Of a stretch of DNA of 49,333 bases, positions 8,822 to 18,238 are shown in pieces. This DNA comes from Capsulimonadales bacterium (lineage in GTDB: Bacteria; Armatimonadota; Armatimonadia; Armatimonadales; Armatimonadaceae). Every line of letters begins with the position of its first letter. The first letter of the stretch is position 1. Location of the stretch: assembly GCA_033762295.1 (NCBI GenBank), contig JANRLW010000115.1, positions 1 through 49,333 of the forward strand. The letters run 5' to 3'. The translations under genes and the position numbers were made by a program. Below the pieces are notes generated by a model that searched no databases, was not told the origin of the DNA, and saw nothing but the letters and a program-made list of their open reading frames with translations.

Positions 8822-10708
8822 TTACACGGGGACGATACGGACTTTGACCTTCATCTCCGGCTTGATCTGCTGCAGTTTGACGCCACCGGCGCGGCGGCGT
8901 TCGAGCAGGTCGGTCGGGTGCAGGGACGCGACATCCGGCAGGGTGACGGTCAGCGCGTCGGCGTCGAAGTTCGTATATTCCTCGCCGTTGATCCACACCG
9001 CGTCCAGCTTGACGCTGCCCGGCGGCAGGATGTCCGGAGAGACGCGCAGGATATTGTCCTTGAACGCGCCCGGCTGCGGCTTGAAGTAGAAGTCCATCGG
9101 CTGCTTCATCACCAGCAGGTTGCTGTAAACGGCGGCAAGGTAGCAGAGTTCCGTCGAGTGGTACGCGCCCATCGAGTGGCTACCCTTGTCGCGTTCGTTG
9201 CCGAGCAGGTACGGCAGACCGTTCGCCAGGACGTTGAAGTAGACCGCGCCGGAATCGGTATCGAGGAACCAGGCGTTGTAGAACGCCGCCGACTCCTCGG
9301 CCAGCTTCTTGTAGGTCGGGTTCTCCAGGCATCCGGCCAGGATGAAGTAGGCGAGAATCCCCTGCTCCTGCTGCCACCAGGCCTTGCGGTCGTGGAACGC
9401 CAGCCGGTGGAACGTCTCTCCCTCGCCCAGTTGTCGCTCCAGCACGTCGTACCAGCCGCCCCGCTGCTTGTCCATCGCGACGGCCGGCATGGTATCGGCC
9501 AGTTTGGTGGCCAGGGCGACATACTTCTCCTTCGGCAGCGCCGAGTTCATCCGCATCAGGTTCCAGGCGATCTTCAGGTCATGACCGCCGACCGCGCGAT
9601 CCTGCTGCCAGCCCCAGGTCTTGTCCGGGCTCCAGTCCTCGTAGAACTTCTCCTGTACGAACGGGCTACCGTCCTTCGCGGGGAACTTCTCCTCGATGAG
9701 GTCGAAGACATACTCCAGGAAGTCCAGATACTTCTGCTCGCCGGTCGCCAGGTAGAGGTTGATCAGGTAGGCCGGAGCATGGTCACCGACCGAGTTCCAG
9801 TTCTTGCGAGCGCAGTTGTGGGCAAGCGATTCCGCCTTCGGGTCGAACGTATCGGTCGTGATGTGCGAGTAGTAGCCGGCCTGCGCGGACTCATCCTTGA
9901 AATACCGGTTGAACAGATTGATCGTCTTCTCGGTATCGGCCAGGATGCTGGGATCGCCGGTGATACGGTAGGTCTGGATCGGGCCGGCGAGAGCGTAGAT
10001 CTGCTCGTACGCCGGAATCGCGCCCCAGTCGTCGCCGAAGAGCGAGCCCAGCACTTCATGGACGCCATCCGGTTGCATATCGAGGGCGTGCAGCCAGTAG
10101 ACGACGCCTTCGTTCTCCTTGTCGCGCTTGCAGATATTGCGCTGCAGGTACTTGGTGCCCTTCTCGGCCGCTTCCAGGAAGCGGTCTTCGCCGGTCATCA
10201 GGTAGGCGGTCGCGAACCCGTAGACGGTGCGGGAGATGGTGTCGGTCTCCTGCAGGGTGGTTCCGAGCTTGCTGCCGTCCAGGTAAAGCTGGGTGCGATA
10301 CTTGGTGTAGTCGATCGGGCCGCCCTCGAACTGCGAGTTGATATAGAAGTCGGCCAGTTCGCGCACCTGGTTGATCCACCAGTCCTGCTTCTCGAATACG
10401 AAATCCCCGGCCTTCTTGCCCGCGAAGACAAGATGCTTCACTTCGAACTTGTAATCGCCGCCTTCCGGGTAGTAAATGCCGTAGGCGAAGACGTAGTTCC
10501 CCACGGACAGCGCCTCGCTCAACTGCCCCATGGCGTCCTGGTAGTTCTCGCCCAGATTGCGGACATATTCGCCGAAGGTGGAGGAGGTCAGTTTGGCCTC
10601 AAATTCCTTATCGCCGGGCGTCTTCAGTCGGAAGGTACCCTGGCTCAGGTCCGCCGCCGTCACATAACCGGCGATGGTATCGGAAAACGTAAAGTCGATC
10701 TGATTCAT
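8822..10708 (-). CDS. AGE family epimerase/isomerase-like (alpha/alpha)6 protein with extra N-terminal domain
   Basis: SRTVYGFATAYLMTG, VGDHAPAY, GHDLKIAWNL, AWWQQEQGILAY, YHSTELCYLAAVY. Confidence 0.8.
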   Translation of the reverse strand: MNQIDFTFSDTIAGYVTAADLSQGTFRLKTPGDKEFEAKLTSSTFGEYVRNLGENYQDAMGQLSEALSVGNYVFAYGIYYPEGGDYKFEVKHLVFAGKKAGDFVFEKQDWWINQVRELADFYINSQFEGGPIDYTKYRTQLYLDGSKLGTTLQETDTISRTVYGFATAYLMTGEDRFLEAAEKGTKYLQRNICKRDKENEGVVYWLHALDMQPDGVHEVLGSLFGDDWGAIPAYEQIYALAGPIQTYRITGDPSILADTEKTINLFNRYFKDESAQAGYYSHITTDTFDPKAESLAHNCARKNWNSVGDHAPAYLINLYLATGEQKYLDFLEYVFDLIEEKFPAKDGSPFVQEKFYEDWSPDKTWGWQQDRAVGGHDLKIAWNLMRMNSALPKEKYVALATKLADTMPAVAMDKQRGGWYDVLERQLGEGETFHRLAFHDRKAWWQQEQGILAYFILAGCLENPTYKKLAEESAAFYNAWFLDTDSGAVYFNVLANGLPYLLGNERDKGSHSMGAYHSTELCYLAAVYSNLLVMKQPMDFYFKPQPGAFKDNILRVSPDILPPGSVKLDAVWINGEEYTNFDADALTVTLPDVASLHPTDLLERRRAGGVKLQQIKPEMKVKVRIVPV

Positions 10709-10748
10709 GTCGTTCCCTTTTCAGTGCGGCAAGGAGATGGTGGGAGGT

Positions 10749-12926
10749 CTACGCCTCCCGGGATAACAGCACAACGATGCTGCGCGCGTTGACGAAATAC
10801 GAATGCCCGGTGATTTCCACCTCCTCGCCCCACTCCTCAATGTCGTGCGGCGATGGCAGGGAGGTATCGACGGTGCGGAACCATTTTCGACCGGAAATGA
10901 CCGGCAGTTCGAAGGTCAAACCCTCATGGTGCATGTTCATCATGACATGCAGGTCCGGATCGTTTTCAAACCCGGCCATCGTATAGGCCAGCACCCGTCC
11001 GTTGGGATCGCCCCATCCCGGCGCGTTCAACTGACACCCGTGCCAGGAGATATCCGGCACCCCTCGCTCGTTCATCTTTCCGGTGAAGAAGCGGGGGCGG
11101 TGCAGTTCGTTATAGTTGCGCCGCCGGTGCGTCACGGCCGAGCAGAAGCGAAGCAGATCGGCGTTCTTTTCGGTCAGGGTCCAGTCGAACCATGTAATCT
11201 CGTTGTCCTGACAGTACGGGTTGTTGTTGCCCTTCTGGGTCCGCATCACTTCGTCCCCGGCGGTGAGCATCGGTACGCCCTGAGACAGCATCAGAATCAG
11301 GAGGAAGTTCTTCATCTGTCGGCGGCGCAGGTCGTTGACCCAGGCATCCTCGGTCGGCCCCTCGACGCCGCAGTTCCAGCTGAGGTTGTCGTCGATCCCG
11401 TCGCGGTTGTTCTCACCGTTGGCGAAGTTATGCTTGTAGTTGTAGCTGACCAGGTCGGCCATGCAGAAACCGTCGTGGCAGGTGATGAAGTTGATGCTGT
11501 TGATCGGCAGTTCGCCCGCCGCCTCGAACAGGTCCGCGCTGCCCGCAATCCGGTTCGCCACCTCGCCGATCAAACCGGGATCGCCCTTGATAAATCGTCG
11601 GATGGCGTCTCGATACTTACCGTTCCACTCGGCCCAGCGGTATCCGGGGAAGAACCCGACCTGATACAGCCCGGCGGCGTCCCACGCCTCGGCGATGATC
11701 TTGGTCTCCGCGAGGGCATCGGACAGTTCGATCTGCCAGACGACCGGGGGTGTCATCATCGGAAGGCCATCCTCGCCGCGTACGAGGATACAGGCCTCGT
11801 CGAACCGGAAGCCGTCGACGTGCATCTCCTTGACCCAGTACTCGAGGCACTCGATGATCATCTTCTCGGTGATCGGGTGGTTGGCGTTGACCGTGTTACC
11901 GCACCCGGAGTAGTCCATGTAGTACTGTCGATCCTGCGGTGAAAGGATGTAGTAGACATGGTTGGCGAGTCCGCGGAAGTTGATGGTCGGCCCCTGATGG
12001 TTGCCCTCGGTCGTATGGTTGAACACGACATCGAGAATGACTTCGATTCCCGCCCGGTGCAGGGCCTTGACCATGTCCCGGAACTCGTTGATATGCGAGC
12101 CGGCTTCGGGAGTGGTGCAGTAGCCTTTGTGCGGCGCGAAGAAGCTGACGGTGCTGTACCCCCAGTAGTTGGGCATCGGCGAGCCGTCGATCGGGCTGAG
12201 GCGGATGATCTCTTTTTCGTCGAAATCGTGAACGGGCAACAGTTCGACCGCGGTGACGCCGAGGGATTTCAGGTAGGGAATCTTCTCGATGACTCCGGCG
12301 AACGTCCCCGGATTCGCGACGCCGGAGGTCGAGGACCGGGTAAAGCCGCGCACATGCATCTCGTAGATGATGGTCTCGCTCATCGGGCGATTGAGCGGCT
12401 TATCGCCTTCCCAGTCGTAATCATCGATATCGATGACGACCCCGCGCATCGAGGTGGCGATATTGTCACCGGGACCGCAGGCGGCCGACCGATCCCAGAG
12501 CGTGTTGGTGATTCCTCGCGCGTACGGATCGATCAGCACTTTGTTGCGGTTATACCGGAACCCGTTATGCGGATCGTGCGGTCCGTCGACACGGAAGGCG
12601 TAATGCGCGCCCGGCTTCAATCCCTTGACATAGACATGCCAGAAGTGGAAGCTTTTATTGCGGGTTTCATCCAGTTCGATGACCATCTTCGGATGGAGAT
12701 CGTCATGCTCATCGAAGATCAACAGCTCCACCGCCGTCGCCTTTTCGCCGAAGATGGAGAAGTTGACGCCGTTGGCATCGGGTGTCGCGCCGAGCGGGTG
12801 CGGCCGTCCGGGCATAATTTCGTATTCGGATTCCACTTCCTGCAGGACGACGGTCGTCACCGGTTGCGTCTCATCAGGTTCGATCAGCGCTTCGTTCTCG
12901 TTTCTGGAAACGGCTTTACGGGCCAT
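10749..12926 (-). CDS. glgX: Glycogen debranching enzyme / isoamylase (GH13 + CBM48)
   Basis: GRPHPLGAT, NYWGY, DVVFNHT, DGFRFD, AEAWD, TCHDGF, QKGNNNPYCQDN; catalytic D/E/D present. Confidence 0.93.
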   Translation of the reverse strand: MARKAVSRNENEALIEPDETQPVTTVVLQEVESEYEIMPGRPHPLGATPDANGVNFSIFGEKATAVELLIFDEHDDLHPKMVIELDETRNKSFHFWHVYVKGLKPGAHYAFRVDGPHDPHNGFRYNRNKVLIDPYARGITNTLWDRSAACGPGDNIATSMRGVVIDIDDYDWEGDKPLNRPMSETIIYEMHVRGFTRSSTSGVANPGTFAGVIEKIPYLKSLGVTAVELLPVHDFDEKEIIRLSPIDGSPMPNYWGYSTVSFFAPHKGYCTTPEAGSHINEFRDMVKALHRAGIEVILDVVFNHTTEGNHQGPTINFRGLANHVYYILSPQDRQYYMDYSGCGNTVNANHPITEKMIIECLEYWVKEMHVDGFRFDEACILVRGEDGLPMMTPPVVWQIELSDALAETKIIAEAWDAAGLYQVGFFPGYRWAEWNGKYRDAIRRFIKGDPGLIGEVANRIAGSADLFEAAGELPINSINFITCHDGFCMADLVSYNYKHNFANGENNRDGIDDNLSWNCGVEGPTEDAWVNDLRRRQMKNFLLILMLSQGVPMLTAGDEVMRTQKGNNNPYCQDNEITWFDWTLTEKNADLLRFCSAVTHRRRNYNELHRPRFFTGKMNERGVPDISWHGCQLNAPGWGDPNGRVLAYTMAGFENDPDLHVMMNMHHEGLTFELPVISGRKWFRTVDTSLPSPHDIEEWGEEVEITGHSYFVNARSIVVLLSREA

Positions 12927-12992
12927 GTTCGGTCACTCTTTCCGGAGATTAGGAATGGGCGCATCGTTCGGATACGCGTCCGTTGACTCTTG

Positions 12993-13421
12993 CTACCCCT
13001 CCAGGGCGGGCGGATTCTCCTGATCGGTATAGCCCTGGCTGATCTCGACGATATTCCCGTCCGGGTCGGCGACCCAGACGGTACGCCAGCCGGGGATGAA
13101 GGCGTCGAAATCGAACGGGCCGAAGGTGACTTTCGCCTCCTCGCCCATCGCCGCCAGTGTCGCGTCCACATGATCGACCTGGAAGGCGAGATGTCGAATG
13201 GCCGGATAGGCCGGTCCGTCGTTCCCGGCGGGCGGCGCGGGCGCGTCGCCTTTGGCCTGAAACAACTCCAGATAGACATCGCCGGAGCGGACGAAAACGA
13301 TCTGTTCCTCCCCAAGCGGGATGACCCGGGCGCGTACGAAACCGAAATGCTTCGCATACCACTTTTCCGTCGCGATGGGGTCGGCGCAGGAAAGGGCAAT
13401 ATGGGAAAAACGCATTGCCAT
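12993..13421 (-). CDS. VOC (glyoxalase/bleomycin resistance) family protein
   Basis: SHIAL, YLELF, RHLAFQVD, DPDGNIVEI with metal-ligand H/E residues. Confidence 0.88.
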   Translation of the reverse strand: MAMRFSHIALSCADPIATEKWYAKHFGFVRARVIPLGEEQIVFVRSGDVYLELFQAKGDAPAPPAGNDGPAYPAIRHLAFQVDHVDATLAAMGEEAKVTFGPFDFDAFIPGWRTVWVADPDGNIVEISQGYTDQENPPALEG

Positions 13422-13464
13422 TTGCTTCAGTCTCCTGATTCGGTCGGATTTGTCTCGAAAAACG

Positions 13465-14064
13465 TCAGGCAGTCGCCGCCGCCTCTTTCTCCCGCATGCG
13501 TTCGATGATGGCGCGGGCCAGCAGGTGGCAATGCCCCCCGGTGCGCGCCGTGATCAGGTCCTCATCCACCACCACATCGGCGTCGACATAGACCGCGCCC
13601 ATATTGCGGGCGTCGCCATACAGATTGTTGTGGACGACGACATTCCGTCCGCGCACCAGTTCGGGCATCGGGGCGACCAGCCACATTCCGTGACAGATAA
13701 TACCCTTGATTACTTCCCGGTTGGCGAACGCGCGGGCGAGCAACTGGGTCGCGGGCGGCACCTTCCGGACATCCTCCGTATAGCGGAGACGGTCGGCGAC
13801 CATTCCGGCCGGGACGATGATCGCCGAGTACTCGGCCAGCATCTCGTCGGTGAACGCTTCGAAGCTTTCCTCCGGGAACGTTCCCAGGACGTGGTACTCA
13901 TGTCCCCGGAAGTCGATATGCTGTTGTCCCCAGAGGCGGGTCAGGAAGTGAACGTCGATTCCTTCCTCGGCAAAACGATGCTGATAATACCAGATTTCCG
14001 GTTCGTAGAAATCCGACTCGATCAAAATGCCGATCTTCTTGCCGGCAAGGCTGACGTCGCTCAT
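13465..14064 (-). CDS. DJ-1/PfpI family protein
   Basis: ESDFYEPE, IIVPAG, GIICHG nucleophile, DADVVVDEDLITAR. Confidence 0.88.
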   Translation of the reverse strand: MSDVSLAGKKIGILIESDFYEPEIWYYQHRFAEEGIDVHFLTRLWGQQHIDFRGHEYHVLGTFPEESFEAFTDEMLAEYSAIIVPAGMVADRLRYTEDVRKVPPATQLLARAFANREVIKGIICHGMWLVAPMPELVRGRNVVVHNNLYGDARNMGAVYVDADVVVDEDLITARTGGHCHLLARAIIERMREKEAAATA

Positions 14065-14101
14065 GATTTGGTTCCTTCTTAGCGGCTCACTTCCCGCGAC
14101 T

Positions 14102-14995
14102 CTATTCGGCGGTTTTCTTTCGCGATTTTTCCGGTCCGACGTAGATGAAGTCGGTCATTTCGAAGACATTCACATTGCGGGCGGTATCATTCCGGATGAT
14201 CCAGCGGCGCGGATACCAGCCCGGCTTCGGGTAGACCGCCGGCTGCGGAATGAGGTCCGTTTCAAACTGATCGGGTTCCACCAGACCGGTCGGGCTGTCA
14301 AACGCCTTGCGGACGTTGGTACCGACGACCATCCCGTTCATATGCGCGTTGTAGTATAGAAAGTTCTGCCCGATGGTGATCCGTGCGGGTTGCCCGACCG
14401 GCTTGTTCGGAATATCATAGCTGACGCCGACCCCCGGAACGACCGTGTCGGGTACCCCACGGGTGACCGTCGGCGGCACCTCCTCGGCTACGGGATACTG
14501 CAGTTCGTTGACGAATCCGGGACTGGGCTGCTGCGGCGGATTCAGCAAAAAAACGGCATGAAAGTGTTCCGGTTCTTGCTCGGGACGATACTGGTCGATC
14601 GGATGGCCGGTGAAGTAAAAGAGGGCCATCTGCTTGAATGCGGTAACGGACGCCTCCGGCGGCAACGGAATAAAGTAGACATTCGGTCCTTCATCCGTAA
14701 TCGCTGTCGGCGGCTGGTTATCCCGCCCGGTTCGGTAGAGTTCGAACCCGACCGACTGGGGAACGCCACGATCCAGCGTCACGAAACTGCGTCCGAGCCG
14801 CGATGGCCCGCTCGGGCCATTGAAGATCGGCGGTTCGGGACCGAAGAAGGTTCCGGTCAGCCCGGACTGTGCGCTACCGAGGTCGCCGCTTCCGCTGCCG
14901 CACCCGGCGACCACGCCCGCCAGACCGACGCCGACAAAGGTGCAGGCGATCAACGTTCGGAAGACCCGGTTTTTGAATGTTTTTTGCTTGGTCAT
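14102..14995 (-). CDS. Lipoprotein, DUF5602/TTHB210-like
   Basis: Lipobox VVAGC; GRSFVTL..G.P..VGFEL, LPPEA..T.F, YPKPGWYP. Confidence 0.65.
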   Translation of the reverse strand: MTKQKTFKNRVFRTLIACTFVGVGLAGVVAGCGSGSGDLGSAQSGLTGTFFGPEPPIFNGPSGPSRLGRSFVTLDRGVPQSVGFELYRTGRDNQPPTAITDEGPNVYFIPLPPEASVTAFKQMALFYFTGHPIDQYRPEQEPEHFHAVFLLNPPQQPSPGFVNELQYPVAEEVPPTVTRGVPDTVVPGVGVSYDIPNKPVGQPARITIGQNFLYYNAHMNGMVVGTNVRKAFDSPTGLVEPDQFETDLIPQPAVYPKPGWYPRRWIIRNDTARNVNVFEMTDFIYVGPEKSRKKTAE

Positions 14996-15064
14996 CTTTT
15001 CCTTACTTCTCTCCGGAGACGGCGTTGCGAGCGTCCGCCGCTCGCAACGCCATCCGAACTCGCA

Positions 15065-16126
15065 TTACACAAAGGCGACATAGCCACCGAACGGTAACCC
15101 CGAGACCACGGCTCCCCTGGGTTGGCCGGTGTTCCCGTCAAACCGCAGGATCGATCCGCCGCCCAGGGCGCTGACGATGTCGCCTGCCAGCACGCTTCCG
15201 TAGCGATCCGGCGTGGTAAAACTGCCGACATACAGGTCGCCATCCGGGCCGTAGGTTATGCCGACCGGGAACGGACAGGTGGCGAAGGTGCCGACCTCGC
15301 TTCCGCTGTCCAGGTCATAGCGCACGACTCGCCCGGTGAAGTGTTCGACGACCAGCAGGTCGCCGCTCGGATGAAAAGCCATCGTGAACGGGATTTTGAG
15401 ATCCCGGGCCGTATATTTCACCAACCGTCCCGTCTCCCCGTTGAGGCGCGAGATGAAGTCGGTTTCGTTCGTCAGCGGTGAATACTGGAGCGTTGAGGAG
15501 ACATAAAAGTCCCGATCCCGCGGGTTGACGATGATTCCGAACGGCGCATAAGCGGGGGCGAAGGTTCCGATGCGGTCCCCGGTACGGGCATCGTACCGCT
15601 CGATCGAATCCGTGCCCTTGCCCACATTGCCGTTCAGCGAGGGCGCATTGACGACATAAAGAAAGCCATCCGGGCCAATCACGCCGCTGTGCGGGGTGAT
15701 CAACCCCCGCGGTGGCGTCGGCAGGGAGCGCAGAAATGCCCCGGAGCCTTTGTCGTACATGAAGGCGGCATCGCCGCCCGGACTGAAGACGAAGACATTG
15801 TTATTGCTTCCGGCAACGATCCCTGCGGTCGAAATCCCCACACCTCGCGACACGGCGAAGGTGCCCTGATTCCGAAACGTTCCCGGATCGTACGATTCCA
15901 CAGTTCCGAAAAGAAAAGTGGAAACCAGCATTCGACTGGGCGGCGCGGGCACCCGGTACAGTGACCCACTGCGGCTCCCGCACCCGGTCAGCAGCGACCC
16001 GCCGAGACTCAGGGCGGCCGCCCCACCCAGTGTGTCTCTCAAAAAGGCGCGACGGGTGGTTCGGCGGGCATCTTCCGATGCCTGCCCCGTCATCGCATCT
16101 CCAACTTCGCGGAGAATCGAACTCAT
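15065..16126 (-). CDS. Tat-exported beta-propeller lipoprotein (Vgb/NHL-like)
   Basis: TRRAFL twin-arginine, LLTGC lipobox, repeated GPDGxLYV blades. Confidence 0.75.
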   Translation of the reverse strand: MSSILREVGDAMTGQASEDARRTTRRAFLRDTLGGAAALSLGGSLLTGCGSRSGSLYRVPAPPSRMLVSTFLFGTVESYDPGTFRNQGTFAVSRGVGISTAGIVAGSNNNVFVFSPGGDAAFMYDKGSGAFLRSLPTPPRGLITPHSGVIGPDGFLYVVNAPSLNGNVGKGTDSIERYDARTGDRIGTFAPAYAPFGIIVNPRDRDFYVSSTLQYSPLTNETDFISRLNGETGRLVKYTARDLKIPFTMAFHPSGDLLVVEHFTGRVVRYDLDSGSEVGTFATCPFPVGITYGPDGDLYVGSFTTPDRYGSVLAGDIVSALGGGSILRFDGNTGQPRGAVVSGLPFGGYVAFV

Positions 16127-16200
16127 TTTGTTTTTCTCCCCTTTGTATGCGCCCGTTGGCGTAAACCCATCCTGCGCACCATCATTATGCTTTTCCGTTC

Positions 16201-17073
16201 CTAAAGGAAGCGTCCCGCCGGAACGAAATCCGTCAGTTTGAAAACGTGGTAGCTTTTATCCGAATCCCAGGTGACCGTGCTTCGAGTCGGATAGTACCCC
16301 GGTTTCGGGTAGACGACCGGTTGCGACATCGGCAGAACGATCGTCCGTTCCTCCTTCAAGAACCCGTAGGTGGCCAGCATCCCGACACCGTTCAGATGCC
16401 CCTTGAAGTAAAAATAGTTCTGACCGAAACTATTCCATCGTGGCTGGACGTGCGCCGAGGAAGGGTCCTCGTAGGCGACCCCGACGCCCCCTTCCGCCAG
16501 TTCGATATTGCCGGGGATTCCGCTTCCGATCAGGTACCCGGCCGGAATCTCCTCGGAGTTCGTTACCGGAGCCGTCTCATCGCGCAGTCCTTCGGAGGCG
16601 GCTCCGGGGGGAGCGATACAGAACGCCGCCAGGATGTGAGGAATGTCGGCGATCCCGACCGGGCGACGGCCATTCGCCCAGTTCAGCAACACCATATACT
16701 TGAACGGGGTCGTGTTGGCCTCGGGGGGCAGCGGCAGATAGAACGTATCCTCGGTATCGAACTTCGGATACGGAAGGGTTTTCAGCGCACGATCCGGCAG
16801 TTCCCAGCCAAGTTCGGTCGGAATGCCGTTGTTCAGCGTGACGAACGTTCGTCCGAGATCGACGGCGATGTCGCCGACCGGCTGCAGATTGACCGCACTG
16901 ACAAAACGCCCGGTACGTCGAACCGACAGAGTAGGATCGTCCTTTCCGCCGCCGCATCCGGTCGCAAAAACGCCCGAGGCTCCGAGCGCCGCACTGCCAA
17001 CGCCATAACGGACGATCAGATCCAGCATTTCCCGCCGACTGTAGAAGCGGTTTTCGGTTGCTATTCGTTCCAT
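16201..17073 (-). CDS. Tat lipoprotein, DUF5602-like; paralog of 14102-14995
   Basis: SRREML, FATGC; GRTFVTL, LPPEANTTPF, GQNYFYF, YPKPGYYP; start refined to ATG 17073. Confidence 0.7.
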   Translation of the reverse strand: MERIATENRFYSRREMLDLIVRYGVGSAALGASGVFATGCGGGKDDPTLSVRRTGRFVSAVNLQPVGDIAVDLGRTFVTLNNGIPTELGWELPDRALKTLPYPKFDTEDTFYLPLPPEANTTPFKYMVLLNWANGRRPVGIADIPHILAAFCIAPPGAASEGLRDETAPVTNSEEIPAGYLIGSGIPGNIELAEGGVGVAYEDPSSAHVQPRWNSFGQNYFYFKGHLNGVGMLATYGFLKEERTIVLPMSQPVVYPKPGYYPTRSTVTWDSDKSYHVFKLTDFVPAGRFL

Positions 17074-17095
17074 AACTCTCTTTCTCGTTCCGTCC

Positions 17096-18220
17096 TCAGG
17101 CGAACGCCAGGTAGCCGGAGAAAACGAGTTTCTCTGCCAGCGCGCCGAAAGGTTTGCCGTTGGCGCCGTTGTAGCGCAGAATACGACCTTTGTTTTTCGC
17201 CGTGTCGAGATCGTTGTTGAAAAGCGCCTCAATGCCTTTCTGGTCCGTAAAACTGGTCATATAGGCGTTTCGATCCGGGCCGAACTGAATATCGATGCAG
17301 AAGTCGGCATTGGCAAAGGCATCGACGATCTTCCCGGTACGCAGATCGAACAGGGCGACACGGCTGTAAAAGTGCTCGATCACCATCAGGTAGCCGTCCG
17401 GGTGGAAGTTGACGTTGAACGGCACCTTGACATCCCGGGCGACATAACCCGTGAACCGTCCGGCGGAGTCGAACCGGGCGACATAGTCGGACCCGAGCGC
17501 GAACGGGAAGTAAGCAAGCGAGGCCGTTACATAAAGGTTACCGTCCGGCCCCCAGGAGATGCCGAACGGCGCGCGAAGTTCCGGCGTGTCATTCCCGTCG
17601 ATAAATCGGCGGATATGTTCGCCATCGGGGGTGTAGATCTCGACGGTGTCCGGGCCGATCCCGAGCTGGTTGTTGAGGGAAGGCGCATTCACGACGTACA
17701 GGTTGCCGTCGGGACCGACCGAGCCGCAGTGAGGCGTCTGGGTAATCGGCAGTTTCACCTCACGGGTAATCGCGCCGGTCACTCCGTCGCAGATGAAGAA
17801 ACGGTTGCTGCCGGGGCTGAAGGCGTACACCTGTCCCTGCGGACCGACGCGTACCCCGGCAATGGTCGTACCCCGGTCGACCTGGCGGAAAAACGTGCCG
17901 AGGGACGCCCCCGTCCGGGCGTCCAGCGCCTCGATCGTCCCCTCGATAAAGGTGGAGACGAGCACCCGGGTTCCCGCCGGCATCGCCCGTCCCTTGTCCA
18001 CCGACTTCGAGGAGCCGCATCCGGCCAGCAACGTTGCGCCCGACGCGCCGAGCGCCAGCGTGCTCGCCGCGGCCCCCTCCAGAAACTCCCGCCGGGTCCA
18101 CGCTCCCTCCGGACGGGCGACGCTCGCCGGTTGAGGCAGTCGCCCGGTCTGACGCCGGATCATCCAGGACCGCAGTATCGACAGATACCGCATCTTCTCC
18201 GCTTCGCTTATGCCCTTCAT
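17096..18220 (-). CDS. Tat-exported beta-propeller lipoprotein; paralog of 15065-16126
   Basis: TRREFL, LLAGC; shared RVLVSTF, TPH..VGPDG.LYVVNAPSLN, IEHF, GY.AF end. Confidence 0.75.
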   Translation of the reverse strand: MKGISEAEKMRYLSILRSWMIRRQTGRLPQPASVARPEGAWTRREFLEGAAASTLALGASGATLLAGCGSSKSVDKGRAMPAGTRVLVSTFIEGTIEALDARTGASLGTFFRQVDRGTTIAGVRVGPQGQVYAFSPGSNRFFICDGVTGAITREVKLPITQTPHCGSVGPDGNLYVVNAPSLNNQLGIGPDTVEIYTPDGEHIRRFIDGNDTPELRAPFGISWGPDGNLYVTASLAYFPFALGSDYVARFDSAGRFTGYVARDVKVPFNVNFHPDGYLMVIEHFYSRVALFDLRTGKIVDAFANADFCIDIQFGPDRNAYMTSFTDQKGIEALFNNDLDTAKNKGRILRYNGANGKPFGALAEKLVFSGYLAFA

Positions 18221-18238
18221 GACTTTGACCTTGCGCTC